DNA of 64,000 nucleotides from NCBI GenBank assembly GCA_948470605.1, contig CAOKPI010000005.1, positions 8,170 to 72,169 on the forward strand, in the 5' to 3' direction. Below the pieces are notes generated by a model. The model saw only the letters and a program-made list of their open reading frames with translations, was not told the origin of the DNA and did not search any database. Shown in pieces: positions 1 through 8,742 of the stretch (positions within the stretch are counted from its first letter, which is position 1; every line of letters starts with the position of its first letter). A program made the position numbers and the translations under genes. Source of the DNA: an uncultured Clostridium sp. Lineage in GTDB: Bacteria; Bacillota; Clostridia; TANB77; CAG-508.

Positions 1-924
1 GTGAAAAAAGGAAAAGAAAAAGGAAGAATACCATATGAATATACTAATAAAAAAGAAATCCTAACAAGACTGGGATTAATAGATAAGTATGGAAATATAA
101 AAAATGCAGCATATGTATTATTTGGAAAAAATCCAAAGATTAAATTAAGAGTTGCAATATTTGCAACTGAAGAAAAAACAACATTTTTAGATATGCAAGA
201 ATTTTCAGGAAATATTTTTAATTTAATTGATAAAGGAGAACAATACATTTCTAAAAATATTAGATGGAGTGCAAACTTTAATACAGGGAGCTTCTCAAGA
301 GAGGATATACCAGAAGTACCTATACGAGCAATGCGTGAAATATTGTGCAATTCCTTTTTGCATCGCTCATGGAATGAACCGTATGACAACGATTTAGCAA
401 TATACAGTGACAGAATTGAAATTTGTAATCCAGGACATTTTACAGAAGATGCAACACCAGAAGACTATATAAATAAAATAGAACCATCTAGACCAAGAAA
501 TCCATTAATTGCTGAAATTGTGTTTCTATCAGGAGAAATTGAAAAATGGGGAACAGGAATTAAAAATGTATATAAGAAATGCCAAGAAGAAAATTTAAAA
601 GTTAAATTTGAAGATAGAAAAACTGCATTTTTTGTAGTAATTTATAGAAAGAAATTAGAAAACTTAGTAGAAAACACAGAAAAGAAACTAAATAAAAATG
701 ATACTGTAAATGATACTGTAAATGATACTGTAAAATTAAACAAAACCGAAACAAAAATATTAAATATAATAAATAGAAATTCGCAAATTACACAACAAGA
801 AATTGCAAATGAATTAAATGTTTCCGTTTTAACTATTAAGAGGAATATTAATAAACTAAAAGAAAAAGGACTTTTAATAAGGATTGGTGCTGATAAAAAT
901 GGTTATTGGAAAATTATAAAATAA
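1..924 (+). CDS. C-terminal part of a COG2865-type ATP-binding putative transcriptional regulator (RecG-like/HATPase_c_4-like region plus C-terminal winged helix). The 5' end is cut by the window edge.
   Basis: ORF is open from base 1. Motifs NAAYVLFGKNP, REILCNSFLHRSW, IEICNPG and PRNPLIAEIVFLSGEIEKWGTGI, plus an HTH-like tail ITQQEIANELNVSVLTIKRNINKLKEKGLL. Confidence 0.65.
   Translation: MKKGKEKGRIPYEYTNKKEILTRLGLIDKYGNIKNAAYVLFGKNPKIKLRVAIFATEEKTTFLDMQEFSGNIFNLIDKGEQYISKNIRWSANFNTGSFSREDIPEVPIRAMREILCNSFLHRSWNEPYDNDLAIYSDRIEICNPGHFTEDATPEDYINKIEPSRPRNPLIAEIVFLSGEIEKWGTGIKNVYKKCQEENLKVKFEDRKTAFFVVIYRKKLENLVENTEKKLNKNDTVNDTVNDTVKLNKTETKILNIINRNSQITQQEIANELNVSVLTIKRNINKLKEKGLLIRIGADKNGYWKIIK
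697..732 (+). repeat. Perfect 3 x 12-bp tandem repeat (aatgatactgta) encoding (NDTV)3 in the linker of the regulator gene
   Basis: Read directly from the sequence: three identical consecutive 12-mers, in frame. Confidence 0.9.
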
Positions 925-943
925 AGTATAAATGGAGAAAAAG

Positions 944-1105
944 ATGTATATAGAAAAAGTAAAAATTGAACATTTTAGAATATTTGGAGATAAAGTAGAG
1001 ATATTCTTTCAAAAAGGATTAAATATGCTAATAGGAGAAAACAATTCTGGAAAAACTGCCATAATTGATGCTATTAGACTAGTTATGAGCTTAGGAACTT
1101 ATTAA
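944..1105 (+). pseudogene. N-terminal fragment (53 aa) of an OLD-family/ABC-type AAA ATPase of the GajA type, ending prematurely
   Basis: GGAG RBS 7 nt upstream of the ATG. Translation is MYIEKVKIEHFRIFGDKVEIFFQKGLNMLIGENNSGKTAIIDAIRLVMSLGTY*, which has the typical N-terminus and Walker A (GENNSGKT) of OLD/RecF-like ATPases. These are normally over 500 aa. Confidence 0.5.
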
Positions 1106-1406
1106 AGAAAAGGAATTATACTATTTTGATAAAGAGAATACGAATTATTCTTTAGCAATATCAACAATTCATTCCGCAAAAGGAAAAACATATGAAGCGG
1201 TTATGTTAATAATAAAACAAAGAGGAAAACTAACTTTTAATAGTTTAAATAAAGAAGATAATGAAACAGAAGAAATAAGGACAGCATATGTTGCTATGAC
1301 AAGACCACAGAAAATTTTAATAATGGCTTTACCAAAGAGTGTAAAGAAAGCTTTTGAGAAAAGTGCAAAATTTGATAAAAGCTTTTGGACATACATAGAT
1401 TTATAA
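1095..1406 (+). pseudogene. C-terminal fragment of a UvrD/PcrA-like superfamily-1 helicase with no start region
   Basis: The open frame reads ..LAISTIHSAKGKTYEAVMLIIK...EEIRTAYVAMTRPQKILIMALP. This matches helicase motifs V/VI (TIHxAKG...; YVAxTR) and nothing upstream of them is present. Confidence 0.55.
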
Positions 1407-1532
1407 GGAACATAGTGGAAACTATTTAAGTACAGATAAAATAATGGGTTGGAGTTGCCAATAGAAGAAGTAATTAGAAACATACTAGATTATTTTGAAA
1501 TTTTGCAGGTTGTAGAAGTATAGGAGGATAAC

Positions 1533-2505
1533 ATGAACAAGAAAAATCTAAAGTCAATTTTAGCAGTATTAATAGTTATATTGATTTTAATATTCTTAGT
1601 ATGTATAGAAATAAATACAAATAAAGAATATGGAAATATTGAAATAGATAATTCAAAACTAAATATATTTTTCTTTAATGTAGGACAAGCTGAAAGTATA
1701 TTAATAACTAATAATAACAAATATGCTAATAGATTGTGGAAATGGCTCGGATGGAAAATATATTTCAAAATTTTTAAAAGAACAAGGCATAGATGAATTA
1801 GATTATTTAATAGGGACACATATAGATGAAGATCATATTGGTGGAATGCAAGAAATTCTAACAAATATAAAAATTGAAACATTATATATGCCATATAGTA
1901 CATATGAAGGGAAACAATTTTATACACAATTAGAAGAATATATAAAAGAAAATAATATTAACCAGCAACAAATAGAAAAGTCACTAGAAAAAGAATACAG
2001 GTTAGAAAATGCAACATGGAAATGTTTAAATGTAGATAATTCTAATCCAAGTGACAAAAATAAGTTTAATGATACATCAATAGTTATTGAGCTTGAGTAT
2101 GGAAGTACAAAATATCTATTTACAGGAGATTTAACAGATAATATAGATAGTAAGATACAAGGTTTGGAAAAAGTAGATGTACTAAAAGTAGCACATCATG
2201 GGGCAAAAGAATCAACATCAAGTGAATTCTTAAGTATAATAAAACCAAATTATGCAATTATATCTGCAGGAAATAACAAGAATTATAATCATCCAGACCA
2301 AAGTATCATAGAAAGGCTAAAAGATGTAGGAGTAGAAGAGAATAACATATTTATAACAAGAGAACAAGGAACTATATGGATTAAAAGTGATGGCAGTAGT
2401 ATAGTAATTGAAAAATTACAAGAATTAAATTTAGATGGAGCAAATAAGATAAGTTATAGGAGCATATTTGATATATGTTCTTATTTTTTTATTAGAATTA
2501 GTTAG
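1533..2505 (+). pseudogene. ComEC/Rec2-related metallo-beta-lactamase-fold protein with an N-terminal membrane anchor, split by a +1 frame break near 1722-1725
   Basis: The upstream ORF ends in FFFNVGQAESILITNNNKY. The next ORF continues with (M)LIDCGNG...LIGTHIDEDHIGG...VAHHGAKESTS. Together they form the canonical VGQGDSxLI..LIDxG..H.DxDH..HHG module. Confidence 0.6.
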
Positions 2506-2839
2506 AATCTTTTTGGTAAGGATTAGAAACGGCAATATATTTGATGCCATCAAATTGAATATAATCAGCCTTTAGTGCAGACGCATCAAGTAACTCTGAA
2601 GGAATATGATATTTTTCTGAATGCTTTTGAGAAGTATCTAAGCAAGAAGCAAATCCATCTTCAATATAATCAACTTCAAATATAGTATTTTTAGGCAATT
2701 TACTATAATCATAATCAAGATTTTGCCTTAACATATATCTTTGTAAGTCATGAATAAAATCATCTATAAAAGAATCTTTTAAATTACTTTTGTGAATAGT
2801 GTTATCTAAGCTATTTATAATTGGTTCAAATAAATTCAA
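2498..2839 (-). CDS. hypothetical protein (113 aa)
   Basis: Clean ORF with coding-like composition. No motif recognised. Confidence 0.45.
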   Translation of the reverse strand: MNLFEPIINSLDNTIHKSNLKDSFIDDFIHDLQRYMLRQNLDYDYSKLPKNTIFEVDYIEDGFASCLDTSQKHSEKYHIPSELLDASALKADYIQFDGIKYIAVSNPYQKDSN

Positions 2840-3238
2840 AACTATTAAGTGACCTCCTTTGATTAGATTTTATATATTTTTAATTGGAAAATAAAAGAAA
2901 AATATATAAGAGATAATGAAAATACTATAGCACAAAAAGGGAAATAACTCAATGAATTTTCCGTAATTTGTTAAAATTGTGAAAATGAGGTTAAAACAGA
3001 TTAATTATTATCAGAGTCCTTAGATAATGTAGAAGACAATCTTTTAAAAAATTGTTTATTTGCCTTTATGAAATCTCTAAAAAGATTTAATTGTTCTTGA
3101 GATATTTCTTCGCCTTCTTCAATAATCCCAAGTCTAACAAATTCTTTTTGTAAAAAATTAGCATCATTATTAACATATTCTTCAGGATTTTTTATACTAC
3201 TTAATCCTCTTAAATAGTCAATAGTACAAGAAAAATAG

Positions 3239-3447
3239 TTAGCAAAAAGAGGAAATATTAGATTTAAAAAAAGCACATTAGATAAGTATTTAGATGAACA
3301 AGAGAATAAAAGTAGAGATAATTTAAGACAAGACTTAACTCTAAATAGAAGAGAAGAAACTATAGTGGAACTTAGAGAAAAGTATAATAAGACAAATAAA
3401 GGAAAATCAATAGATGAAATAATGCAAACTGCTAGAGTTAAGAGATA
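3239..3447 (+). pseudogene. Possible remnant of an excisionase-family/MerR-like HTH protein with no start codon
   Basis: A stop-free stretch reads LAKRGNIRFKKSTLDKYLDEQENKSRDNLRQ...IDEIMQTARVKR*. The RGNIRFKKSTLDKYL part resembles the wing of excisionase-type HTH domains. There is no ATG/GTG/TTG start. Confidence 0.2.
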
Positions 3448-3764
3448 ATTTAATGATGTTAAAAGTAATTTATTTGTAAAAAGACTACACAAATAAAAAA
3501 TAATGTGATACAATAAAAAACGAAAATTATAAAAAGCACATTGAAATGTATGAAACGAATGTTTATATAAAAACAGAAAAGGACTTGACATAATATTTTC
3601 TGGAGCAATTTTGGAGCAATTTTGGTGCAATCGTTTCAACACAGAACTACTAAAACCCACTAAAATCAACAAAGTCAGGCAAAGCAAAAAAATGAGTAAA
3701 TTAAGTAGTTAGAGGCTCGAAAGCCTTGAAAATAGAAAGAAAATTTAAAAAGGAGGAAGAAGAA

Positions 3765-4484
3765 ATGTCGGGACATAGCAAATGGCACAACATACAAGCC
3801 AAAAAGGGAAAAGCAGATGCAGCAAGAGGAAAAATCTTTACAAAATTAGGAAGAGAACTATTAATAGCAGTAAAAGAAGGAGGAGCAGACCCAGCGGGGA
3901 ATTCCAAATTAAAAAATGTCATAGCAAAATGTAAAGCAGCCAACATGCCAAATGACACCATCAACAATGCTATCAAAAAAGCCTCAAGCAGTAATGAAAA
4001 CTATGAAGAAATCATATACGAAGGATATGGACCAAATGGAGTAGCCGTTATTGTGGAAGCAGCTACTGACAACAAAAATAGAACAGCAGCAGATGTTAGA
4101 CATGCCTTTGACAAATCAGGAGGAAACTTAGGAACCAGTGGATGCGTATCTTATATGTTCAATAAAAAAGGTATCCTTGTAATTGAAAAAGAAATCACAT
4201 CAATCGATGAGGAGGAATTAATGATGCTTGCTATTGAAGCAGGAGCAGAAGATTTTCAAAGTCTAGAGGAAATTTATGAAATCGTAACTGACCCATCTGA
4301 CTTTACAGCTGTTCGTGAAAAGCTAGAAGCAGAAGGACTAGCATTTTTAGAAGCAGAGGTACAAATGGTTCCAACTACTACTGTAGCTTTAGATGAAAAA
4401 GGAATAGAAAAGATGGAACGACTAATCGAAAGACTAGAAGATTTAGATGATGTTTCTAATATTTATCATAACTGGGAAGAATAA
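3765..4484 (+). CDS. yebC: YebC/PmpR family DNA-binding transcriptional regulator
   Basis: [43 protein letters not shown] is the signature N-terminus. AGGAGG RBS precedes the ATG at 3765. Confidence 0.92.
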   Translation: MSGHSKWHNIQAKKGKADAARGKIFTKLGRELLIAVKEGGADPAGNSKLKNVIAKCKAANMPNDTINNAIKKASSSNENYEEIIYEGYGPNGVAVIVEAATDNKNRTAADVRHAFDKSGGNLGTSGCVSYMFNKKGILVIEKEITSIDEEELMMLAIEAGAEDFQSLEEIYEIVTDPSDFTAVREKLEAEGLAFLEAEVQMVPTTTVALDEKGIEKMERLIERLEDLDDVSNIYHNWEE

Positions 4485-4540
4485 GGAACAAAGGCTAGTT
4501 ATCTTTTCCTGTTAATAGAAAATCAAAAGGAGAAACAAAA

Positions 4541-6220
4541 ATGAGACAAAAGAAAAGTAGTAAAATAATAATCATTATCATAATCATATTAGTGATATTA
4601 ATTTCATTAGCAGGAATTACCTATACTTACTTTGCAACAGACACTTTCAAAGGGAACAAAGAATTATTTTTTAAATATATGCTACAAATGGGAGAAGAAC
4701 AAGAAGGTTTTATAGAAACAGAATTAAAGCAATATTTTGAAAAACAAAAAAATACGCCCTATTTAGATGAAGGTAGTATTGATGCGAATGTGACAGCCTC
4801 TAGCAGTCAAAAGCAATCTGAAAAGCCAAATAGTATGAATGTAACTTTTGACGGACAAGTAGATACAGCCAATTCCCAAGTGATACAAAATATTAGTTTA
4901 AATTATGCAGACAATGTAAAATTTCCATTTGTCTATAAGCAAATAGGAGATACAATAGGCTTTCAAACCAATCATATAGGAAACAAATTTATTGTTTTTA
5001 ACAAAGAGAATCTACAAAATTTAGAAACTGATTTAGTTTCAGGAGATAAATCAACCAATCGTACAAATGGTCTTCAAAAAATGCAAGAATTTGCGGATAT
5101 ATCTTTAACAAAAGAAGATTTGCAACGTGTCAAAGATACGTATTTTAAAGTGTTAAACGAACAATTACAAGATAGTAATTTTAGCAAAATAGAAGAAGCC
5201 AATAGCAAAGGATACCAATTAACATTAGAGGGAGAAAAACTAAAAAGTTTGTTGGTAAAATTGCTAGAAGCCTTAAAAAATGACCAAGCAACCTTAGATA
5301 AAATAAATGAATATGTCAAAGTTCAAAAAAATTCCTTAAAAGTCACAGCCAGCGTGATTGATAATAAGATAAAAGATATTAATAATAATGTAGAATTGAA
5401 CCGTGAAAAATTAGAAATAATAGTATATCAAGCAAAAGGAAGGACAATTCGACTTTTGGCTAAAATCAATCAAATGGAATTGAAATTAGAAAAAGCAATA
5501 ACAGGGAATGACCAACAATATAATCTTGAATTGCAAATCACTGATAATAATCAAACAGGAAAAATAGCATTTATCACCAAATTTGCAGGATTGCAATCTA
5601 TGCAAAGTATTACAGAAAATCATGAACTAACCTTGGAAACAGAAAAAATCAAATATCAATATAATTATCATAATAATATAGAATTCACAGAAAGCACTAC
5701 TATAGAAAAATTCGATAATAATAACAGTTTAATGTTAAGCCAGACAGAAGAGGAACAAAAAAATGAATTCTTGAAAGCAGTTGTAGAAAGATTACAAAGC
5801 GTAAACAAAAGTCAAATGGAGGAGTTAGGATGGCAAGAAAATGAAAACCCATTACAATATGTAATTCCGCAATTCTCAACGTATTTTTCCGCATTAAATA
5901 CCATAAATGCCAATAATGATAATATGAGTGAGCAAGAAGTTAGTACTTTTAACGCTTTATTCGAAAATTATCAAAGTACCAATTTAAAAGGCGTTACTGT
6001 AAAAGGATTATTATCTACCATTCAACGTAATAATGAAGCACGTGAAGACGGAAATAGAAAAATTAAGGAAATTCATTTTGATGGAGAAGAATATGAAGTA
6101 ACTGAGCAAAGCATAACATTACTAAAAAGTAATGTTGAAACAGAAGAAGCCTATCGAGTAGAATTCGAAAAAGATGAAGATACAGGAATCATTTATAGAG
6201 CAGTTATTAATAAAAAATAA
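4541..6220 (+). CDS. hypothetical membrane-anchored protein (559 aa) with a single N-terminal TM helix
   Basis: Long ORF with RBS AAGGAG. Hydrophobic N-terminus IIIIIIIILVILISLAGITY. No recognised catalytic motif. Confidence 0.7.
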   Translation: MRQKKSSKIIIIIIIILVILISLAGITYTYFATDTFKGNKELFFKYMLQMGEEQEGFIETELKQYFEKQKNTPYLDEGSIDANVTASSSQKQSEKPNSMNVTFDGQVDTANSQVIQNISLNYADNVKFPFVYKQIGDTIGFQTNHIGNKFIVFNKENLQNLETDLVSGDKSTNRTNGLQKMQEFADISLTKEDLQRVKDTYFKVLNEQLQDSNFSKIEEANSKGYQLTLEGEKLKSLLVKLLEALKNDQATLDKINEYVKVQKNSLKVTASVIDNKIKDINNNVELNREKLEIIVYQAKGRTIRLLAKINQMELKLEKAITGNDQQYNLELQITDNNQTGKIAFITKFAGLQSMQSITENHELTLETEKIKYQYNYHNNIEFTESTTIEKFDNNNSLMLSQTEEEQKNEFLKAVVERLQSVNKSQMEELGWQENENPLQYVIPQFSTYFSALNTINANNDNMSEQEVSTFNALFENYQSTNLKGVTVKGLLSTIQRNNEAREDGNRKIKEIHFDGEEYEVTEQSITLLKSNVETEEAYRVEFEKDEDTGIIYRAVINKK

Positions 6221-6266
6221 GGAAAAGCAATGCAGTTTTTTCAAATTAAGTTCTAAATGAAAAAAA

Positions 6267-6308
6267 AGAACATATATTAAATATAATATATGTTCTTTTT
6301 TGTTTTTT
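6267..6308 (+). terminator. Rho-independent terminator
   Basis: 12-bp stem agaacatatatt/aatatatgttct with a 6-nt loop, followed by a T-run. Confidence 0.75.
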
Positions 6309-6309
6309 T

Positions 6310-6366
6310 GGTATGTTTTGGGACAGACCCCATCATACCCCTTTTGGTTACTTTTGGGACAGGTTT
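6310..6366. repeat. Family E intergenic repeat, copy 1, containing 2 x TTTTGGGACAG
   Basis: About 85 percent identical to the reverse complement of 8650-8705. Confidence 0.8.
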
Positions 6367-6455
6367 ACAATTAACAGTTTTTAATTGTAATTAAGGAGAA
6401 AGACAAACTAGCATCTTAAAAGGTTGTAAAAGGTTTCTTGGTAGAGGAGGTAAAA

Positions 6456-7326
6456 GTGAGAGAAATAGAAGAAATATTAAGATATTTTCCCAATCAAATT
6501 TATGTACTTCTAAAAAATACACTGATTCAAGACAGAAACTTACAAAGAAATTTGCAAGAAATAAGGATTAGGGTAGAAAGACCAATTTTATTAAAAACGA
6601 GACAGGCAGATGTTATCATTGATTATCAAATAAGCACAAGTGAAATTTTGCAGATTTTAGAAAAGCTTTGTGAAAATTCAATTTATGCCTATAAAAATCA
6701 AATATGTCAAGGATTTTTAACCGTTAGAGGAGGACATCGAGTTGGAATTACAGGGACAGCAGTCACAGAAGGAAATAACATATTAAATGTAAAATATGTA
6801 ACCAGTTTAAATTTCAGAATAGCCAGAGAAATTCTCAATTGCAGTAATCATCTATTAAAAGACATTATTAGGATAGAAGATAACAGCATATACAATACCT
6901 TACTGGTTTCGCCTCCAGGCAAAGGAAAAACCACGATGCTAAGAGATATCATTCGAAATATTAGCAATGGCATTCAGGGGATTCATTTTAAAGGAATGAC
7001 TTGTGGTGTGGTGGATGAAAGAGGAGAAATAGCGGCCATGTATAAAGGGATACCACAAAACGATATTGGGATGAGAACAGATGTTATAGAAAACATCAGT
7101 AAAGCCAAAGGCATGAAAATGCTAATTCGTTCTATGGCACCAGAAGTAATAGCTTGTGATGAAATCGGCTCAAAAGAAGATATACAAGCTATCCGGAGAA
7201 GCTATGACAGCAGGAATAAAAGGGATATTTACTATGCATGGTAAATCAATGGAGGATATTAAAAATAATCCACAAGTAAATTGTTTGGTTGAGACAAAAC
7301 AAATAGAAAAAATAATTTTTTTATAA
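6456..7326 (+). CDS. spoIIIAA: Stage III sporulation protein AA (AAA ATPase). A full-length product requires a +1 shift at in-frame CGG 7194-7196.
   Basis: Walker A is SPPGKGKTT and Walker B is ACDEIG. Frame 0 ends in nonsense after AIRR... The +1 frame continues GEAMTAGIKGIFTMHGKSMEDI..., the conserved TxHG C-terminus. GAGGAGG RBS precedes GTG 6456. Confidence 0.85.
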
Positions 7327-7378
7327 TCAGAAGTTCTAAAACAAAAAGGTCAAGAATATAATATATAAAATAAAGAAT

Positions 7379-7407
7379 GTGACAAGAGGGGCGCCCCTTT
7401 TTGTCAC
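7379..7407. repeat. Family A palindrome GTGACAAGAGGGGCGCCCCTTTTTGTCAC, copy 1
   Basis: 14-bp stem hairpin. Identical sequence occurs at 24573-24601 and 30805-30833, and inverted at 30875-30903. Confidence 0.9.
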
Positions 7408-7455
7408 AAAAAATAGAGAGTGACATATAAAGTTTTATTAAGAAATGAGGTAAAA

Positions 7456-7965
7456 ATGCAAATTATAAAATATTTCATGCTATTTATTATTTTAGTAGCA
7501 TGTAGCCTAATAGGACGATATTTATCTAGAAAATATATCATAAGAGTAAACGAATTAGAAGAAATGAGAAATGCCTTAAATATGCTTCAATCAAAAATTA
7601 AGTTTACCTATGAACCAATACCAGAAATATTTGGAGAAATTGTACAAGCTACTTGTGGAAGTGTGGGACAAGTTTTTCGCTTAGCCAAAGAAAAGATGAC
7701 AACCAATACTGCCAATATAGCATGGGAAAAAGCAGTAGAAGAAAGTGAGAACAATTTAACGAAAGAAGATAAGTATGTATTAAAAACATTATCAAAACTA
7801 TTAGGACAAACAGATGTAGAAGGGCAAATGAGTCAAATTGAAATCACACAAAAATTTTTAGAAACGCAATTAAAAGAAGCACAACAGCAAAAAGAAAAAA
7901 ATGAAAAACTCTACAGCAAATTGGGAACTACCATAGGATTAGCGATTGTTATCATTTTATGCTGA
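7456..7965 (+). CDS. spoIIIAB: Stage III sporulation protein AB
   Basis: Position in the spoIIIA operon, N- and C-terminal TM helices, size about 170 aa, GAGG RBS before the ATG at 7456. Confidence 0.8.
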   Translation: MQIIKYFMLFIILVACSLIGRYLSRKYIIRVNELEEMRNALNMLQSKIKFTYEPIPEIFGEIVQATCGSVGQVFRLAKEKMTTNTANIAWEKAVEESENNLTKEDKYVLKTLSKLLGQTDVEGQMSQIEITQKFLETQLKEAQQQKEKNEKLYSKLGTTIGLAIVIILC

Positions 7966-7995
7966 TTTTATACTTTAGGAGGGAATGAAATCAAT

Positions 7996-8190
7996 ATGGA
8001 TATTAATTTATTATTCAAAATAGCAGCAATTGGAATATTAGTTGCTGTATTACATCAAGTTCTAGTAAGAGCAGGAAGAGAAGACCAAGCTATGATGACT
8101 ACTCTAGCAGGATTGGTAATTGTTCTAACGATGGTAATTAAGGAAATAAGTGGGCTATTTGACACAGTAAGAACAGTGTTTAACCTATAA
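7996..8190 (+). CDS. spoIIIAC: Stage III sporulation protein AC
   Basis: 64-aa two-TM protein. IAAIGILVAVLHQVL..GREDQA resembles SpoIIIAC. Confidence 0.85.
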   Translation: MDINLLFKIAAIGILVAVLHQVLVRAGREDQAMMTTLAGLVIVLTMVIKEISGLFDTVRTVFNL

Positions 8191-8251
8191 TGGTAAAAGG
8201 TGCTTTTGGGGACAAGTCTAATTGTTCATATTAAGGAGGTTGGAAGGACAA

Positions 8252-8641
8252 GTGGAAATTATTAAAATAATTGGTATTGCTTTCATTGCTCTTGTTATTA
8301 TCATTTTGCTAAAACAATATAAACCAGAATTTGCAATTTACATTAGTTTGTTGACAGGTATATTAATTTTATTACTAGTAATGGATGAATTGAAAGGGAT
8401 TATTGCACTATTACAATCACTAGCCAGTAAAGCATCTGTTAATAGTACTTTTTTAGCGTTATTAATAAAAATAACAGGAATCGCATTTTTATCAGAATTC
8501 GCAGTTAGTATTTGTAAAGATTCAGGAGAAGGGGCAATTGCAAGTAAAATTGAAATAGGAAGCAAAATTATTATCATATCTATGTCAATTCCTATCATTT
8601 CTAGCCTATTAGAAATCATATTAAAAATATTACCTACATAA
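8252..8641 (+). CDS. spoIIIAD: Stage III sporulation protein AD (start uncertain: GTG 8252 or an upstream TTG)
   Basis: KDSGEGAIASKIEIGSKIIIISMSIPI matches the conserved SpoIIIAD motif (DAGQGAIASKIEL). Confidence 0.8.
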   Translation: MEIIKIIGIAFIALVIIILLKQYKPEFAIYISLLTGILILLLVMDELKGIIALLQSLASKASVNSTFLALLIKITGIAFLSEFAVSICKDSGEGAIASKIEIGSKIIIISMSIPIISSLLEIILKILPT

Positions 8642-8649
8642 TTCGAAAT

Positions 8650-8705
8650 AAACCTGTCCCAAAAGTAGCCAAAAGGGGTATCATGATGTTTGTCCCAAAC
8701 TACCC
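8650..8705. repeat. Family E intergenic repeat, copy 2 (inverted relative to copy 1)
   Basis: The reverse complement aligns with 6310-6366 and includes ccccttttgg(c/t)tacttttgggacaggttt. Confidence 0.8.
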
Positions 8706-8742
8706 ACCCAAATAGTTAAAGCAACCCAAAAGAGGAGTACAA

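Noticed and set aside
3001-3687. 228-aa minus-strand ORF as a real gene
   Set aside because: Most of the translation is Leu/Phe/Ser-rich low-complexity text overlapping a plus-strand protein-like fragment. Only the C-terminal ~60 aa look genuine, and they lack a start codon. Treated as a decayed region rather than a CDS.
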